From Cylindrospermum sp. NIES-4074 (GTDB lineage Bacteria > Cyanobacteriota > Cyanobacteriia > Cyanobacteriales > Nostocaceae), in the NCBI GenBank assembly GCA_003994795.1, contig AP018269.1, positions 1,068,725 to 1,132,724 on the forward strand: a stretch of 64,000 bases of DNA, read 5' to 3'. The position numbers were made by a program, and so were the translations under genes. Below are positions 30,924 to 41,977 of the stretch, piece by piece. Every line of letters starts with the position of its first letter. Position 1 is the first letter of the stretch. The notes under the pieces were generated by a model that was given only the letters and a program-made list of their open reading frames with translations, was not told the DNA's origin and did not search any database.

Positions 30924-33056
30924 TTGCCCAGACGGGCACAAATTATGAAAAATTTTCCATCTTCCCTTGGTAAGGGCAAACAAAATAAGATAGTTCGTTT
31001 GGCAGCATCTGTGGTGGCTACCTTAGCTCTAGCAGGTGGTGTTAGTGCTGCTAATGCAACTATAAAAATACCTACTGCAAAAGAAGTTTCTTCAGCATCA
31101 GTCCAACTGGCTCAGAGCAAACCCACCACTACCCAGTTAACAGTTAGCCAGACTCAATATCGAGCAATGGGGGTTGATCCAGTTGTACTTGTTCCCATTG
31201 TGCTGGTTGGTGGTTTTATCATCTTTGTCCCCCTATTTTTTGGTGGACTGGTAGTAATTGGTGAACGTGAAGTCGGTATCGTGGTGAGAAAATTTACCCT
31301 TTCCGGGCGCGGACTGCCTGCGGGAAGGTTAATTGCCCTCGATGGTGAAGCCGGCTTGCAAGCAGACACCTTAGCCCCTGGTTGGCATTGGGGTTATTGG
31401 CCTTGGCAATACTCAGTACGGAAAGAGTCGGTAGTCGTTGTACCCCAAGGTGAAATCGCTTTGATTGTAGCTGCTGATGGGGCATCCAACCCACCAGAGC
31501 GGATTTTAGGTAAAATAGTACCCTGTGATAACTTCCAAGATGCCCGTAAATTCCTCACCAACGGCGGGGAAAAAGGTCGGCAAATGGGTTTTATTACCGC
31601 AGGTACTTACCGCATCAACACTGCTCTGTTTAAAGTCATCACAGCGGCAACTGCCAGCACTCATGGTATGACTCCAGAACAGTTGCGGGTGTACAGCCTA
31701 GCCGCTGATAAAGTTGGCATCGTCACCACCTTAGATGGTTTGCCCATTACGGCTGGTGAACTGGCAGGCCCAATCATTAACGGACATGATAACTTTCAGA
31801 ATGGTCAGAAGTTCATTAATGGTGGTGGACGACGGGGTTTGCAAGAACAGATTTTGCTTTCTGGTTCTTGGAATTTAAATCCTTGGTTTGTTCAAGTTGA
31901 ACAAGTGCCGATGACGGAAATTCCTATTGGGTATGTAGGTGTGGTGATTTCTTTTGTGGGTCAAGCCCAAGAAGATGTTAGCGGTGCAGCCTTCACCCAC
32001 GGTAACTTGGTTAATCAGGGACACAAGGGTGTGTGGGTGGAACCTTTGTATCCTGGTAAGCATCCGATTAATTCTCGGATTATGAAGATTGAACTGGTGC
32101 CAACGACCAACATTGTTTTAAACTGGTCAGGTCGCACTGAACGCCACAGCTATGATGCTAAACTAGCATCCCTGACTGTGCGATCGCGCGATGGATTTGC
32201 TTTTGATTTGGAAGTAGCGCAAATTATCCACGTTGGCGCTTTGGATGCACCAAAGGTAATTTCCCGCGTTGGGGCAATGCAGAATTTGGTAGACCATGTA
32301 TTGCAACCTACCATTGGTAACTATTTCCGCAACTCCGCTCAAGACTATACTGTATTAGACTTTTTGAGTGCCCGGAGTGAAAGACAAGCTGAGGCTGCTG
32401 ATTATATTAAAACAGCATTGCGGGCTTATGATGTGCAGGCGATCGATACCCTCATCGGTGATATTCAGCCCCCAGCAACGCTGATGCAAACACAGACAGA
32501 CCGGAAAATTGCTGAAGAAGAACGCAAGACTTATGAAGTCCAGCAAATGGCGCAAACCCAACGGCAGCAGCTTGTCCGGGAAACAGCCCTCGCTAATATT
32601 CAGCAAGAAATGGTGAAATCAGAGCAGAGTGTGCAAATTGCTGACCTGAAAGCCCAAGCACAAATTAAGCAAGCAACTGGTGAAGCCGAAGGTACAAAAC
32701 TGCGGGCTATGGCTGAAGCTGAAGGTATTCGGGCTACAGGTAACGCTAAAGCAGAAACCTACCGCGCTGGTGTGCAAGCTTTGGGTTCACAAGGTTACAC
32801 AGCCATGCAGCTGATGCAAATTATCGGTGATGGCCATGTGCGTTTGATTCCTGATGTGCTTGTTGGTGGCAGCAATGGCAGCACTAACGGCTTGGTTGAT
32901 GGGCTACTGTCAATGATTTTATGGAATCAAACTGGTAAGCAAGGTGAAGGGACACCCACTCCTTTACAGCCACAACCAGTTGTAGTTACTAAAGTACAAC
33001 CCACATCGCAAAATGGTAATCCGCCTATTGTGCTGGAATTATCTACAGATAAGTAA
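30924..33056 (+). CDS. flotillin-like SPFH-domain protein (true start possibly at internal Met near 31167)
   Basis: TM 'VVLVPIVLVGGFIIFVPLFFGG', SPFH core, and a C-terminal flotillin-type EA-rich coiled coil 'AEEERKTYEVQQMAQ...AEAEGIRATGNAKAE'. Confidence 0.7.
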   Translation: MPRRAQIMKNFPSSLGKGKQNKIVRLAASVVATLALAGGVSAANATIKIPTAKEVSSASVQLAQSKPTTTQLTVSQTQYRAMGVDPVVLVPIVLVGGFIIFVPLFFGGLVVIGEREVGIVVRKFTLSGRGLPAGRLIALDGEAGLQADTLAPGWHWGYWPWQYSVRKESVVVVPQGEIALIVAADGASNPPERILGKIVPCDNFQDARKFLTNGGEKGRQMGFITAGTYRINTALFKVITAATASTHGMTPEQLRVYSLAADKVGIVTTLDGLPITAGELAGPIINGHDNFQNGQKFINGGGRRGLQEQILLSGSWNLNPWFVQVEQVPMTEIPIGYVGVVISFVGQAQEDVSGAAFTHGNLVNQGHKGVWVEPLYPGKHPINSRIMKIELVPTTNIVLNWSGRTERHSYDAKLASLTVRSRDGFAFDLEVAQIIHVGALDAPKVISRVGAMQNLVDHVLQPTIGNYFRNSAQDYTVLDFLSARSERQAEAADYIKTALRAYDVQAIDTLIGDIQPPATLMQTQTDRKIAEEERKTYEVQQMAQTQRQQLVRETALANIQQEMVKSEQSVQIADLKAQAQIKQATGEAEGTKLRAMAEAEGIRATGNAKAETYRAGVQALGSQGYTAMQLMQIIGDGHVRLIPDVLVGGSNGSTNGLVDGLLSMILWNQTGKQGEGTPTPLQPQPVVVTKVQPTSQNGNPPIVLELSTDK

Positions 33057-33127
33057 CATCATGTGTTGGGGGTAGGGTTTCCCCGCCCTTAATAGACATC
33101 TGGCGGAAAAGAATGTAGAGACGTTTC

Positions 33128-34942
33128 ATGAAACGTCTCTACAAGGGTTCTAGGAAACGCCCGCCCTGTAACTTGGGTAGATACATTGTGCTTTTACAAG
33201 AACGTTATCGTTTACAAAAGCTAGTTGGTAAAGGGGGATTTTGCAAAACTTTCCTCGCTGTAGATGAAGGTCAGTCTCCCCCAGTTCGTTGTGTTGTTCA
33301 ACAATTCTGGCATCGCTATCAAACACCTGAAACTTTTGTCAAAAAGGCGCAACGGCTAGAAGAGTTAGGACAGCATCCCCAAATTCCCGCTTTGCTGGCA
33401 TATTTTATAGAAAACCAATATGGCTATTTAGTGCAGGAGTTGATTGAAGGCACTAATTTGGCTAACCTGTTGGAAGCACAAGGGGCATTTAGTGAAACTC
33501 AGATTTGGGAAATTTTAGCTGGTTTATTGCCAGTTCTCAAATTTATTAGCGATCGCCAAATTATCCACCGTGATCTTAAACCAGAAAATATCCTCTTTAA
33601 GGACAAAAATCTCGTTTTAGTTGATTTTGGCGCAGCTAAACTCGTTACAGGCGTTGACCAGTTAACAAATGAACCTGGTATAGGTAGCCCTGAATTTGTC
33701 GCTCCAGAACAAGCTAGGGGCGAAGCGGTTTTTGCCAGTGACCTTTATAGTTTGGGTGTAATTTGCATTTACCTGCTGACTCAGATTCCGCCCTTTGATT
33801 TATTTGATGTCGCTAACGATAGCTGGGCTTGGCGTCAATATCTAACTACCAAAATAAGCGATCGCCTCATACAAATCCTAGACAAGCTGCTGCAAAATGC
33901 CCTTAAAGACCGCTTTGAGTCAGCTGATGAAGTGATGCAAGCAATGGGTATTGAAGCTAAAATTCAAAATCCTAAATCTAAAATTCAAAATTCACCGTGG
34001 CAATGTATACATACCCTAACTGGAAATAGCGCTGCATTGAGTGGCGTCAATGCCTTAGCCATCAATCCTGATGGGGAGATTTTAGCCAGTGGGGAAGATA
34101 GTAAAATTATCAGGTTATGGGATTTAAAGAATCAAAAAATACTAGCTAGCTTCCAGGGACATGGAAAAGCTGTAAAGTCAGTTGCCTTTAGTGCTGATGG
34201 CAAGATTCTGGCAACGGCTAGCGATGATAAAACTATTAAATTGTGGGATGTCAACACGTTTTCAGAAATCCGTACCTTGGTAGGACATACCCAAGCTGTG
34301 AAATCAGTTGCCTTTAGTGCTGATGGACAAATTCTGGCTAGTGGCAGTTGGGATAAGACAATCAAAATTTGGGATGTGCTGACAGGTGTGGAAATTTGCG
34401 CCCTCAGTGGACACCAGTTACAAATAAATGCAGTTGCCTTTAGTCCCGATGGACAAATTTTAGCTAGTGCTAGTTGCGATCGCACAATTCGGCTGTGGCA
34501 GCTAACAGCCTGTGAACAAAACCGCCCATGCTATAGCTGGTTAAGCACCCTTTCAGGTCATGCATGGGCAGTTTTGACAGTTGCCTTTAGTCCCGATGGG
34601 CAAATTTTGGCAACAGGTAGCGACGACAACACTATTAAATTATGGAATCTCAACACTGGTCAGCTAATTAGCACACTCTTAGGCCATTCCTGGTCAGTAG
34701 TGGCATTGGCTTTTACTGCCGATGGCGAAACGCTGATTAGTGCCAGTTGGGACAAGACAGTTAAACTTTGGAGAGTAAAAACCGTAGCGGAAATTACTAC
34801 TCTCTCTGGTCATGTAGACTCAGTATCTGCCGTTGCTGTTAGCCCTGTTGCACAATTGATTGCAAGTGGCAGCAGGGACAAGACCATTAAACTATGGCAA
34901 CTTGTAGAACAGCAGGGGAGTTATACCAATGCCAGGATTTGA
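33128..34942 (+). CDS. Ser/Thr protein kinase with C-terminal WD40 beta-propeller
   Basis: 'HRDLKPENILF', 'DFG', 'APE' kinase motifs followed by about 7 WD40 repeats ('KTIKLWD'). Confidence 0.85.
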   Translation: MKRLYKGSRKRPPCNLGRYIVLLQERYRLQKLVGKGGFCKTFLAVDEGQSPPVRCVVQQFWHRYQTPETFVKKAQRLEELGQHPQIPALLAYFIENQYGYLVQELIEGTNLANLLEAQGAFSETQIWEILAGLLPVLKFISDRQIIHRDLKPENILFKDKNLVLVDFGAAKLVTGVDQLTNEPGIGSPEFVAPEQARGEAVFASDLYSLGVICIYLLTQIPPFDLFDVANDSWAWRQYLTTKISDRLIQILDKLLQNALKDRFESADEVMQAMGIEAKIQNPKSKIQNSPWQCIHTLTGNSAALSGVNALAINPDGEILASGEDSKIIRLWDLKNQKILASFQGHGKAVKSVAFSADGKILATASDDKTIKLWDVNTFSEIRTLVGHTQAVKSVAFSADGQILASGSWDKTIKIWDVLTGVEICALSGHQLQINAVAFSPDGQILASASCDRTIRLWQLTACEQNRPCYSWLSTLSGHAWAVLTVAFSPDGQILATGSDDNTIKLWNLNTGQLISTLLGHSWSVVALAFTADGETLISASWDKTVKLWRVKTVAEITTLSGHVDSVSAVAVSPVAQLIASGSRDKTIKLWQLVEQQGSYTNARI

Positions 34943-35006
34943 GATTTGAGATATTTCTCCAACAATACTACTTATCCTAGTTTGGTAATATTTTAGGCGG
35001 CAATAC

Positions 35007-35306
35007 TCAAGCGCTACCTGTAAAGGCAACTTCTGGAAATTTCAACTGCGCTTCTGCCATCGGACGGTTTCTGCCTTCCTCTTGCCAGTAGTTAATCACT
35101 TCTGTTGCTTTGTTGAGCAACTCGACGCGATCGAGGTCAGTAATCCAGTGTTTTGCCTCTAGTTCCTTTTTTAACTCTTCCCAGGCATCATTTCTGGGCC
35201 AGAAAAAGTACTTTGTCAAAGGACTGGTGCCTTTACCGACAATTTGATCGACTGCTAGGGCGACGTTTTCGTCTAACCAAAGAATTTTCAAAATGAACTT
35301 GGTCAA
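35007..35306 (-). CDS. ycf65: 30S ribosomal protein PSRP-3 (Ycf65)
   Basis: '[39 protein letters not shown]' is the PSRP-3 signature. Confidence 0.85.
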   Translation of the reverse strand: MTKFILKILWLDENVALAVDQIVGKGTSPLTKYFFWPRNDAWEELKKELEAKHWITDLDRVELLNKATEVINYWQEEGRNRPMAEAQLKFPEVAFTGSA

Positions 35307-35682
35307 TTACACCTCCGGGAAATATCCGGGCATTACTTACTAAGTTAGCAATCGCTTATTTTAACTTAATATCTGCTCGATTGACCAATCAAAATCGGAT
35401 ATGGCAACAGCACCCGCGTAGCGATGGCACCTGCTCAAGTTCCCGCTAGGCTTGACGGGGCGGTTATATCCTGATGTGCAATTCTAATTGCATCTCACAT
35501 CTTCATGAGCTGATATCTTGCACCATTTTTAATTAACTCAAAGGTGGGCAATGCTTTTATTGCCATGAAACCCCGATTCTTCCGTCACGGGCATTGCCCA
35601 CCCTACAAAAATTGGCATTCAATAACTGGTGCAGGATGTGAGTGAGTATCCTAGAATCATAACCCTTTCCCTTACCGCAGCC

Positions 35683-36297
35683 ATGACCATAACTGCAAAC
35701 AAACTCCAACAACACCTGACCTTTGCACAATTTATAGAACAACTCCCAGACGAAGAGGGCCGCTATGAACTTATTAACGGAGAAATCATGAGAATATTAC
35801 CCACCAGAAAGCATGACAATGTAGCAGATTTGATTACCAGAAAACTTGATAGAGAAGTTGAACGTCTCAATCTCAATTACAGGGTGTCAGGCAGAATCAT
35901 GGTGAGAACTGTTACCCCAGATGGTAGAGAACAAGGCCGCTTTCCTGATGTCAGCGTTGTGGATAAAGCACTTTGGGACTCTAACCCCTCCGCTTACACT
36001 GCTTTTGTGGAACCGCTGCAATTAGCTGTAGAAGTAGTTTCTACCAATTGGGAAGATGACTATATAGACAAGCTGGATGAGTATCAACGCTTGGGTATAT
36101 CTGAGTATTGGATTGTGGATTATTTAGCGATCGGTAGTCGCAATTATTTAGGTAATCCCAAAGTACCAACAGTGTTTGTTTATCTGCTCGATGAACAAGG
36201 CATTTACCAATCAACGGCTTATCGAGATACAGAAAAAATCCTATCACGAACTTTTCCAGAACTCGCGCTGACGGTTGAAGAGATATTAGCAGCGTAG
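35683..36297 (+). CDS. Uma2-family (DUF820) putative endonuclease
   Basis: 'YELINGEI...PDVSVV...LAVEVVS...EYWIVD' matches the Uma2 conserved core. Start taken at MTITANK. Confidence 0.8.
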   Translation: MTITANKLQQHLTFAQFIEQLPDEEGRYELINGEIMRILPTRKHDNVADLITRKLDREVERLNLNYRVSGRIMVRTVTPDGREQGRFPDVSVVDKALWDSNPSAYTAFVEPLQLAVEVVSTNWEDDYIDKLDEYQRLGISEYWIVDYLAIGSRNYLGNPKVPTVFVYLLDEQGIYQSTAYRDTEKILSRTFPELALTVEEILAA

Positions 36298-36337
36298 ATG
36301 AAGCTAAAATTTTCTCAATCGTTTCCCGGCAGACTCC

Positions 36338-37129
36338 ATGACTGAACAAACAAATGCGATCGTCGTTTTTGATATTGATGGCGTTATCCGCGATGTTGGC
36401 GGCTCCTATCGTCGAGCACTTGCCGATACTGTAGAGCATTTTACTGCCCAAGCCTATCGTCCGTCACCAATAGATATAGACAAGCTCAAGTCTGAAGGCA
36501 TTTGGAATAACGATTGGCACGCCTCCCAAGAATTAATTTACCGCCACTTTGAGCTATACCAAGGACAGACTCGCGAGCAATTGCAACTAGACTACAATGC
36601 GATCGTTGCCTTTTTTCAATCTCGTTACCGGGGAACAGATCCTGATAATTGGACGGGGTATATCTGTAATGAACCCTTATTGCTACGGCCTAGCTATTTA
36701 GAACAACTTACACAAGCTGGGATTGCTTGGGGATTCTTCAGCGGTGCTACTCGTGCTTCTGCCACTTATGTTTTAGAACAACGCCTGGGTTTGCAGTCGC
36801 CAGTTTTAATTGCAATGGAAGATGCACCAGGGAAACCTGACCCGACTGGACTTTTCGCCACCATTCGCCACTTGGAGAAGGACATTGACCAAGCATCAAC
36901 AATACTCTACGTAGGAGATACAGTAGCAGATATGTATACTGTAGAGAAAGCACGAGATTTGGATAATACTCGCACTTGGGTTGGTGTAGGGGTGTTACCG
37001 CCTCATGTACAAGAAATAGTGGCGCATCGTGACGCTTATGCTGAAGCACTAATCACCGCAGGAGCAGAGGTAGTTTTTACTAATGTAGAGCATTTGACTC
37101 CTAAGCAGATTCAGGCGTTGCTCGGATGA
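36338..37129 (+). CDS. HAD-superfamily hydrolase
   Basis: Motif I 'VVFDIDGVI' and motif IV 'VGDTVADM'. Confidence 0.7.
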   Translation: MTEQTNAIVVFDIDGVIRDVGGSYRRALADTVEHFTAQAYRPSPIDIDKLKSEGIWNNDWHASQELIYRHFELYQGQTREQLQLDYNAIVAFFQSRYRGTDPDNWTGYICNEPLLLRPSYLEQLTQAGIAWGFFSGATRASATYVLEQRLGLQSPVLIAMEDAPGKPDPTGLFATIRHLEKDIDQASTILYVGDTVADMYTVEKARDLDNTRTWVGVGVLPPHVQEIVAHRDAYAEALITAGAEVVFTNVEHLTPKQIQALLG

Positions 37130-37194
37130 AATGCAGCTTTATTGTTCAAAGTTCTCAGATCAATTAAGAGTAATCCACTTTCATAAATTATTCC

Positions 37195-37247
37195 GTAGGA
37201 CGGGCGTCTCGCCTGCCCCTAAACAGGCGAGACGCCTGTTCTACAAA
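37195..37247 (+). repeat. dispersed palindromic element (11-bp-stem hairpin ggcgtctcgcc-N12-ggcgagacgcc + tgttctacaa), copy 1
   Basis: Near-identical copy at 48280..48330. Both lie just 3' of plus-strand genes. Confidence 0.6.
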
Positions 37248-37322
37248 ATATTTGGGATACTTTTGAAGTTGGAACACTCTAAGATAAGTGTCTTTCTTTA
37301 AATTATTAGGAAATTAAGCAAA

Positions 37323-38711
37323 ATGTCTGCATTAAATTTACCCAAAGGGCCTCAAACTAACCTCTGGCTACAGACATTCAAGTGGGTTACTAGTCCTTTA
37401 GAATATTTAGAAACCTGTACTAAAAGCTACGGTGATATATTCACTCTGCGCCTTGGCCCAACTTTTACTCCGCGAATTTTCGTAAGCAATCCTCAGGCTA
37501 TTCAACAAATTTTTACTACTGATCCCAAATATTTGGATTCAGGGACAGCAGCAGGTCTAGATTTGCCTTTATTGGGGCAAAATTCTCTACTAGGCCTAGA
37601 AGGTAAGCCCCACCAGCGGCAGCGAAAGCTGCTGACGCCTCCCTTACATGGGGAACGAATGCTGGCTTATGGCGAGTTAATTCGCGATATCACTGAGCAA
37701 GTAACTAACCAATGGCAGGATGGGAAACCATTTTCAGTTCTGTCTTCTATGCAAGCAATCTCCTTTCGGGTGATTTTAAAAGCTGTCTTTGGTTTAGAGG
37801 ACGGGCCCCGTTATCAGAAATTAGAGGAGCTTTTAATCGCTATCCTCAATCCTAAAAGACCTGTTGTGCGGGCGATAATGTTTCTTTTCCCATTCCTGCG
37901 GCAAGATTTTGGCCCACGGAGTTCTTGGGGAAACTTTCTGCTGATGCGGCAGCAAATTGACGAAATTATCTATGCTGAAATTCAGGAGCGGCGATCGCAA
38001 CCAGATTCATCTAAAACTGATATTCTGTCTTTGATGATGGCGGCTCGTGATGAAGCTGGTGAGCCGATGACCGATGTAGAATTACGTGATGAGTTACTGA
38101 CTTTATTGGTAGCAGGTCACGAAACTACCGCCAGTTCGTTAGCATGGGCTTTTTACTGGATTCATAGCCTGCCACAGGTGCGGGAAAAATTGCTACAAGA
38201 ATTGGATAGTTTGGGTGAAATTCCTGATGCAAATGCTGTTTTGCGATCGCCTTATTTGAACGCTGTTTGCTCGGAAACACTACGCTTGTATCCAGTTGCG
38301 GCTTTTGGCTTAAGTCGATTGGTGAAAGCACCCCTGGAAATTGCAGGTTATAATTTGGAACCTGGGACTGTGGTAATTCCCTGTATTTATCTCACCCATC
38401 ATCGCGAAGATTTATATCCTAATTCCAAACAGTTTCAGCCAGAGCGGTTTTTAGAACGACAATTTACTCCCTATGAGTATTTGCCCTTTGGTGGTGGTAA
38501 TCGTCGCTGTATTGGCATGGCATTTGCGCTGTTTGAAATGAAACTAGTATTAGCAAATGTGCTGTCTAGTTGGCAATTGGAAAGGGCTGATAGCAATCAA
38601 GTGTTACCAATTCGTAAGGGTTTAATATTTGGTTTGTCTGATGGTGTGCAAATGAGAGTCACAGGAAAGCGATCGCAAAATCAGCCCATTCGCCAAACTA
38701 CTGCCGTTTAA
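37323..38711 (+). CDS. cytochrome P450
   Basis: Heme-binding loop 'FGGGNRRCIGMAFA', 'ETLRL' K-helix, and 'AGHETT' I-helix. Confidence 0.9.
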   Translation: MSALNLPKGPQTNLWLQTFKWVTSPLEYLETCTKSYGDIFTLRLGPTFTPRIFVSNPQAIQQIFTTDPKYLDSGTAAGLDLPLLGQNSLLGLEGKPHQRQRKLLTPPLHGERMLAYGELIRDITEQVTNQWQDGKPFSVLSSMQAISFRVILKAVFGLEDGPRYQKLEELLIAILNPKRPVVRAIMFLFPFLRQDFGPRSSWGNFLLMRQQIDEIIYAEIQERRSQPDSSKTDILSLMMAARDEAGEPMTDVELRDELLTLLVAGHETTASSLAWAFYWIHSLPQVREKLLQELDSLGEIPDANAVLRSPYLNAVCSETLRLYPVAAFGLSRLVKAPLEIAGYNLEPGTVVIPCIYLTHHREDLYPNSKQFQPERFLERQFTPYEYLPFGGGNRRCIGMAFALFEMKLVLANVLSSWQLERADSNQVLPIRKGLIFGLSDGVQMRVTGKRSQNQPIRQTTAV

Positions 38712-38870
38712 ATGGCATCTTATCTCCAAAAAATTACCTGCTGCGGCTGTATGTGATGCAGCAGGTATTTCTATTCCTTCCTTCTTTGGATGCAACTCGC
38801 GCTGAGGGCGGGGGCTGACTCTGCCCTCACAAATGGTCTGTATTGCACAAAACTGAAAACTGCTATAGCC

Positions 38871-39677
38871 TTACTGGAGTTTCAAAAATTTATCTAAAGC
38901 TGCCACCATACTAGGAGGCCAACGGCGGATATTCTTTACCCAGTTGATGTCTTTATAGCGGGTATCTAGTCCGTAAGCAGCTACCCAGTTGCTTTCTGCT
39001 TCGCCTTTTTTGCCATCTACCCAATAAGCTGCTGTTAAAGCGGCACGCATATCGGCAAATTTGGGATATTTGCGGACGATATTCCGCATTTCGCGGATGG
39101 CTTTGTCTTTTTGACTAGTTTCATAAAGAGCGAGAGCATAGTTAGCACGGGCAAAGGCAAAATTGGGGGCGATTTTTGTGGCTTTTTGATAATCTGCGAT
39201 CGCATCACCCCATTTCCCTAAACCTGCTTTCGCATTCCCGCGATTGTTGTATGCCATTGCATCGTTGGGATCTAATTCCAGAACATGATTATAATCGGCG
39301 ATCGCATCAACCCATTTTCCCAACCCCTCTAAGGCCGCACCACGATTTAAATAAGGATCCGTGACATTAGGGGCCAGTTCTATCGCTTTCTCGTAATCTG
39401 TCAGCGCTGCTTGTAACTTGTTCTGACTAACGCGAGAATTTCCTCTATTACTCCATGCTCCGGCATTAGTGGGAAATTGCTCAATAATCTGCGTCCAGTA
39501 TATTTCAGCCGTCGCAAAATCACCTTCATTAGTAGCTGCAAATGCCTTATTTGCTAGCTCATCTCCTTGTTGTAATTGTTCTGGAGTAAAGTTGGGCGGT
39601 TGAGTTTGTGCCATAACTGGTGTCACCCAGCCAAACGCCAGCAACAAACTGAGAAAAATACCAATTAATTTAATCAT
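38871..39677 (-). CDS. TPR-repeat protein with signal peptide
   Basis: Signal peptide and at least 5 TPR units ('AWSNRGNS', 'AYNNRGNA'). Confidence 0.8.
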   Translation of the reverse strand: MIKLIGIFLSLLLAFGWVTPVMAQTQPPNFTPEQLQQGDELANKAFAATNEGDFATAEIYWTQIIEQFPTNAGAWSNRGNSRVSQNKLQAALTDYEKAIELAPNVTDPYLNRGAALEGLGKWVDAIADYNHVLELDPNDAMAYNNRGNAKAGLGKWGDAIADYQKATKIAPNFAFARANYALALYETSQKDKAIREMRNIVRKYPKFADMRAALTAAYWVDGKKGEAESNWVAAYGLDTRYKDINWVKNIRRWPPSMVAALDKFLKLQ

Positions 39678-39715
39678 CTAACTTTCTGCGGTGTGCAATC
39701 CACAATTAATCATAA

Positions 39716-39857
39716 GGCATTGGTAATTGGTAATTGGTGATTGGTAATTGGTAATTGGTGATTGGTAATTGGTGATTGGTGATTGATTATTGGGAACTGG
39801 GAATTGGTACAACTCTTGCCCATTACCCATTACCCATTACCCATTACCCATTACCCA
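39716..39857. repeat. STRR heptamer hairpin (ttggtaa/ttggtga tracts opposed to cccatta tracts)
   Basis: Directly visible. Confidence 0.85.
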
Positions 39858-39859
39858 TT

Positions 39860-40960
39860 TCACAACAAAGATAACTGCTCATTAGGCGGTTTAAATCCCA
39901 AATGCCTATATGCAGCGATTGTGGCTACCCTACCTCGATGAGTCCGGCTTAAATAGCCAATTTGCATCAAATAAGGTTCATACACTTCTTCAATGGTTTG
40001 GGTATCTTCACCTGTGGCTGCGGCGATCGTTTCTAATCCTACTGGCCCACCATTAAAGTTTTCAATAATCACACTTAACATTTTGCGGTCTGTCCAATCT
40101 AAACCGCAGGGGTCTACTTGAAATAGTTGCAATGCTTCAGCGGCAACGGTTTCTGTAATTTCTCCTGATAATTTCACTTCAGCATAATCACGTACTCGCT
40201 TGAGTAACCGATTGGCAATCCGTGGTGTTCCTCGTGCCCTTCTAGCAATTTCGTCAGCACCATCTTGGCTCACAGGGGTTTGCAATAATTGAGCGGTGCG
40301 GAGGACGATTTCGCTGAGTTCACCAACTTCGTAAAATCGGAGTTTTTGAATTAAGCCAAAGCGATCGCGCAATGGTGAAGTTAAAGCGCCTGCACGAGTT
40401 GTTGCCCCCACTAGGGTAAACTTCACCAATGGTATACTTCTAATCCGAGCGCTGGAACCTTTGCCTACAGTTATGTCTAAGCGATAATCTTCCATCGCCG
40501 GATAGAGAATTTCCTCTGTCATCCGGGAGAGGCGATGAATTTCATCAACAAATAAAATATCTCCTGGTTTGAGGTTCACCAGTAGTCCCACAATATCCCG
40601 TGGACGTTCTAGGGCTGGTGCACTGGTAATTTTGTAGTTGACCCCCATCTCCGAAGCTAAAATCATCGCCATTGTGGTTTTACCCAAACCTGGGGGGCCG
40701 TACAGCAGCAGGTGATCCAGCACTTCACCCCTAGACTTAGCCGCTTTGATGGCAATTTCCAGCACATCCTTTAAATCTTTTTGACCAATGTAGTCAGCAA
40801 ATCGCTGGGGTCGAATACTCTCTTCTTGCTTACCTTCTTCATCAATCGCGGCTTCGGGTTGCAGTATGTCATTCTGGTTCGGGGAAGTCGCCGACTCCCG
40901 TCGCTGCTTCGGCTGTCTGTCGGGTTCTGGGGGCTGTTTTTTTGAGGAGATTATCGCCAT
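39860..40960 (-). CDS. ruvB: Holliday junction ATP-dependent DNA helicase RuvB
   Basis: '[12 protein letters not shown]' Walker A, 'LFVDEIHRL', sensor and winged-helix regions. Start taken at the 'MAIISSKK' methionine to avoid the STRR tract. Confidence 0.9.
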   Translation of the reverse strand: MAIISSKKQPPEPDRQPKQRRESATSPNQNDILQPEAAIDEEGKQEESIRPQRFADYIGQKDLKDVLEIAIKAAKSRGEVLDHLLLYGPPGLGKTTMAMILASEMGVNYKITSAPALERPRDIVGLLVNLKPGDILFVDEIHRLSRMTEEILYPAMEDYRLDITVGKGSSARIRSIPLVKFTLVGATTRAGALTSPLRDRFGLIQKLRFYEVGELSEIVLRTAQLLQTPVSQDGADEIARRARGTPRIANRLLKRVRDYAEVKLSGEITETVAAEALQLFQVDPCGLDWTDRKMLSVIIENFNGGPVGLETIAAATGEDTQTIEEVYEPYLMQIGYLSRTHRGRVATIAAYRHLGFKPPNEQLSLL

Positions 40961-41104
40961 AACAGGTAATGGGTAATGGGTAATGGAGAATTGGGGATGA
41001 GAAGCATTATCCGTTACAGTACTGGGGAAAATTTTTCGTTGGGAAACACGCAAGGCAATTTAGAATTTAAATTCCGGGCAATTACCAGGAGTGGAAAGTT
41101 TATT

Positions 41105-41878
41105 ATGTTATCTAAGAGAATTTTACCTTGCTTGGATGTCAAGGCGGGCAGGGTTGTGAAAGGAGTTAACTTTGTCAACCTTAAGGATGCAGGTGATCCG
41201 GTAGAACTGGCTAAGGTTTATAACGAAGCCGGTGCTGATGAGTTAGTGTTTCTGGATATTACAGCGACTCATGAAGACCGGGACACGATTATTGATGTGG
41301 TTTACCGCACGGCTGAACAAGTCTTTATTCCCTTAACTGTGGGCGGTGGGATTCAATCCTTAGAAAATGTTAAAGCTTTGTTACGAGCCGGCGCAGACAA
41401 GGTTAGTATTAATTCTGCGGCTGTACGCGAACCAGACTTGATTAATCGGGCAAGCGATCGCTTTGGTAATCAGTGCATAGTTATTGCTCTTGATGTCAGA
41501 CGAAGAGTTGATCCTAGTAACCCTGGTTGGGATGTGTATGTACGGGGGGGCAGAGAAAACACAGGCATTGATGCCTTAGCGTGGGCGCAAGAAGTGGAAA
41601 AGCGAGGGGCTGGAGAACTTTTAGTTACAAGTATGGATGCTGATGGCACTCAAGCCGGTTATGACTTGGAGTTAACGCGAGCGATCGCTGAATTGGTAGA
41701 AATCCCCGTCATTGCCTCTGGTGGTGCAGGTAATTGTGAACATATCCACGCTGCTTTGACAGAAGGCAAAGCTGAAGCGGCATTACTCGCCTCCTTGTTA
41801 CATTATGGGCAATTAAGCGTAGCCCAAATTAAAAATCATTTGCGCGATCGCTCCGTTCCCGTCAGATTGTCTTCCTGA
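41105..41878 (+). CDS. hisF: imidazole glycerol phosphate synthase cyclase subunit HisF
   Basis: '[15 protein letters not shown]' and 'DELVFLDI...TVGGGI'. The track ORF start at 40976 is a spurious upstream extension. Confidence 0.9.
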   Translation: MLSKRILPCLDVKAGRVVKGVNFVNLKDAGDPVELAKVYNEAGADELVFLDITATHEDRDTIIDVVYRTAEQVFIPLTVGGGIQSLENVKALLRAGADKVSINSAAVREPDLINRASDRFGNQCIVIALDVRRRVDPSNPGWDVYVRGGRENTGIDALAWAQEVEKRGAGELLVTSMDADGTQAGYDLELTRAIAELVEIPVIASGGAGNCEHIHAALTEGKAEAALLASLLHYGQLSVAQIKNHLRDRSVPVRLSS

Positions 41879-41977
41879 ACGGTGATGTGTCAACCTCCCA
41901 CATCTATCACAGGTTAGACACACTTCTTCAAAAGAGTGCTAATATAAGTTTACAAGTATTAAGTAATATTAAGAAAT

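Noticed and set aside
31154-32606. Short minus-strand ORFs inside the flotillin-like gene
   Set aside because: They are antisense to a domain-supported CDS.
40976-41104. Long hisF ORF starting at 40976
   Set aside because: The N-terminal 43 codons overlap the ruvB upstream region and the gggtaat STRR tract. The conserved HisF start ([13 protein letters not shown]) is at 41105.
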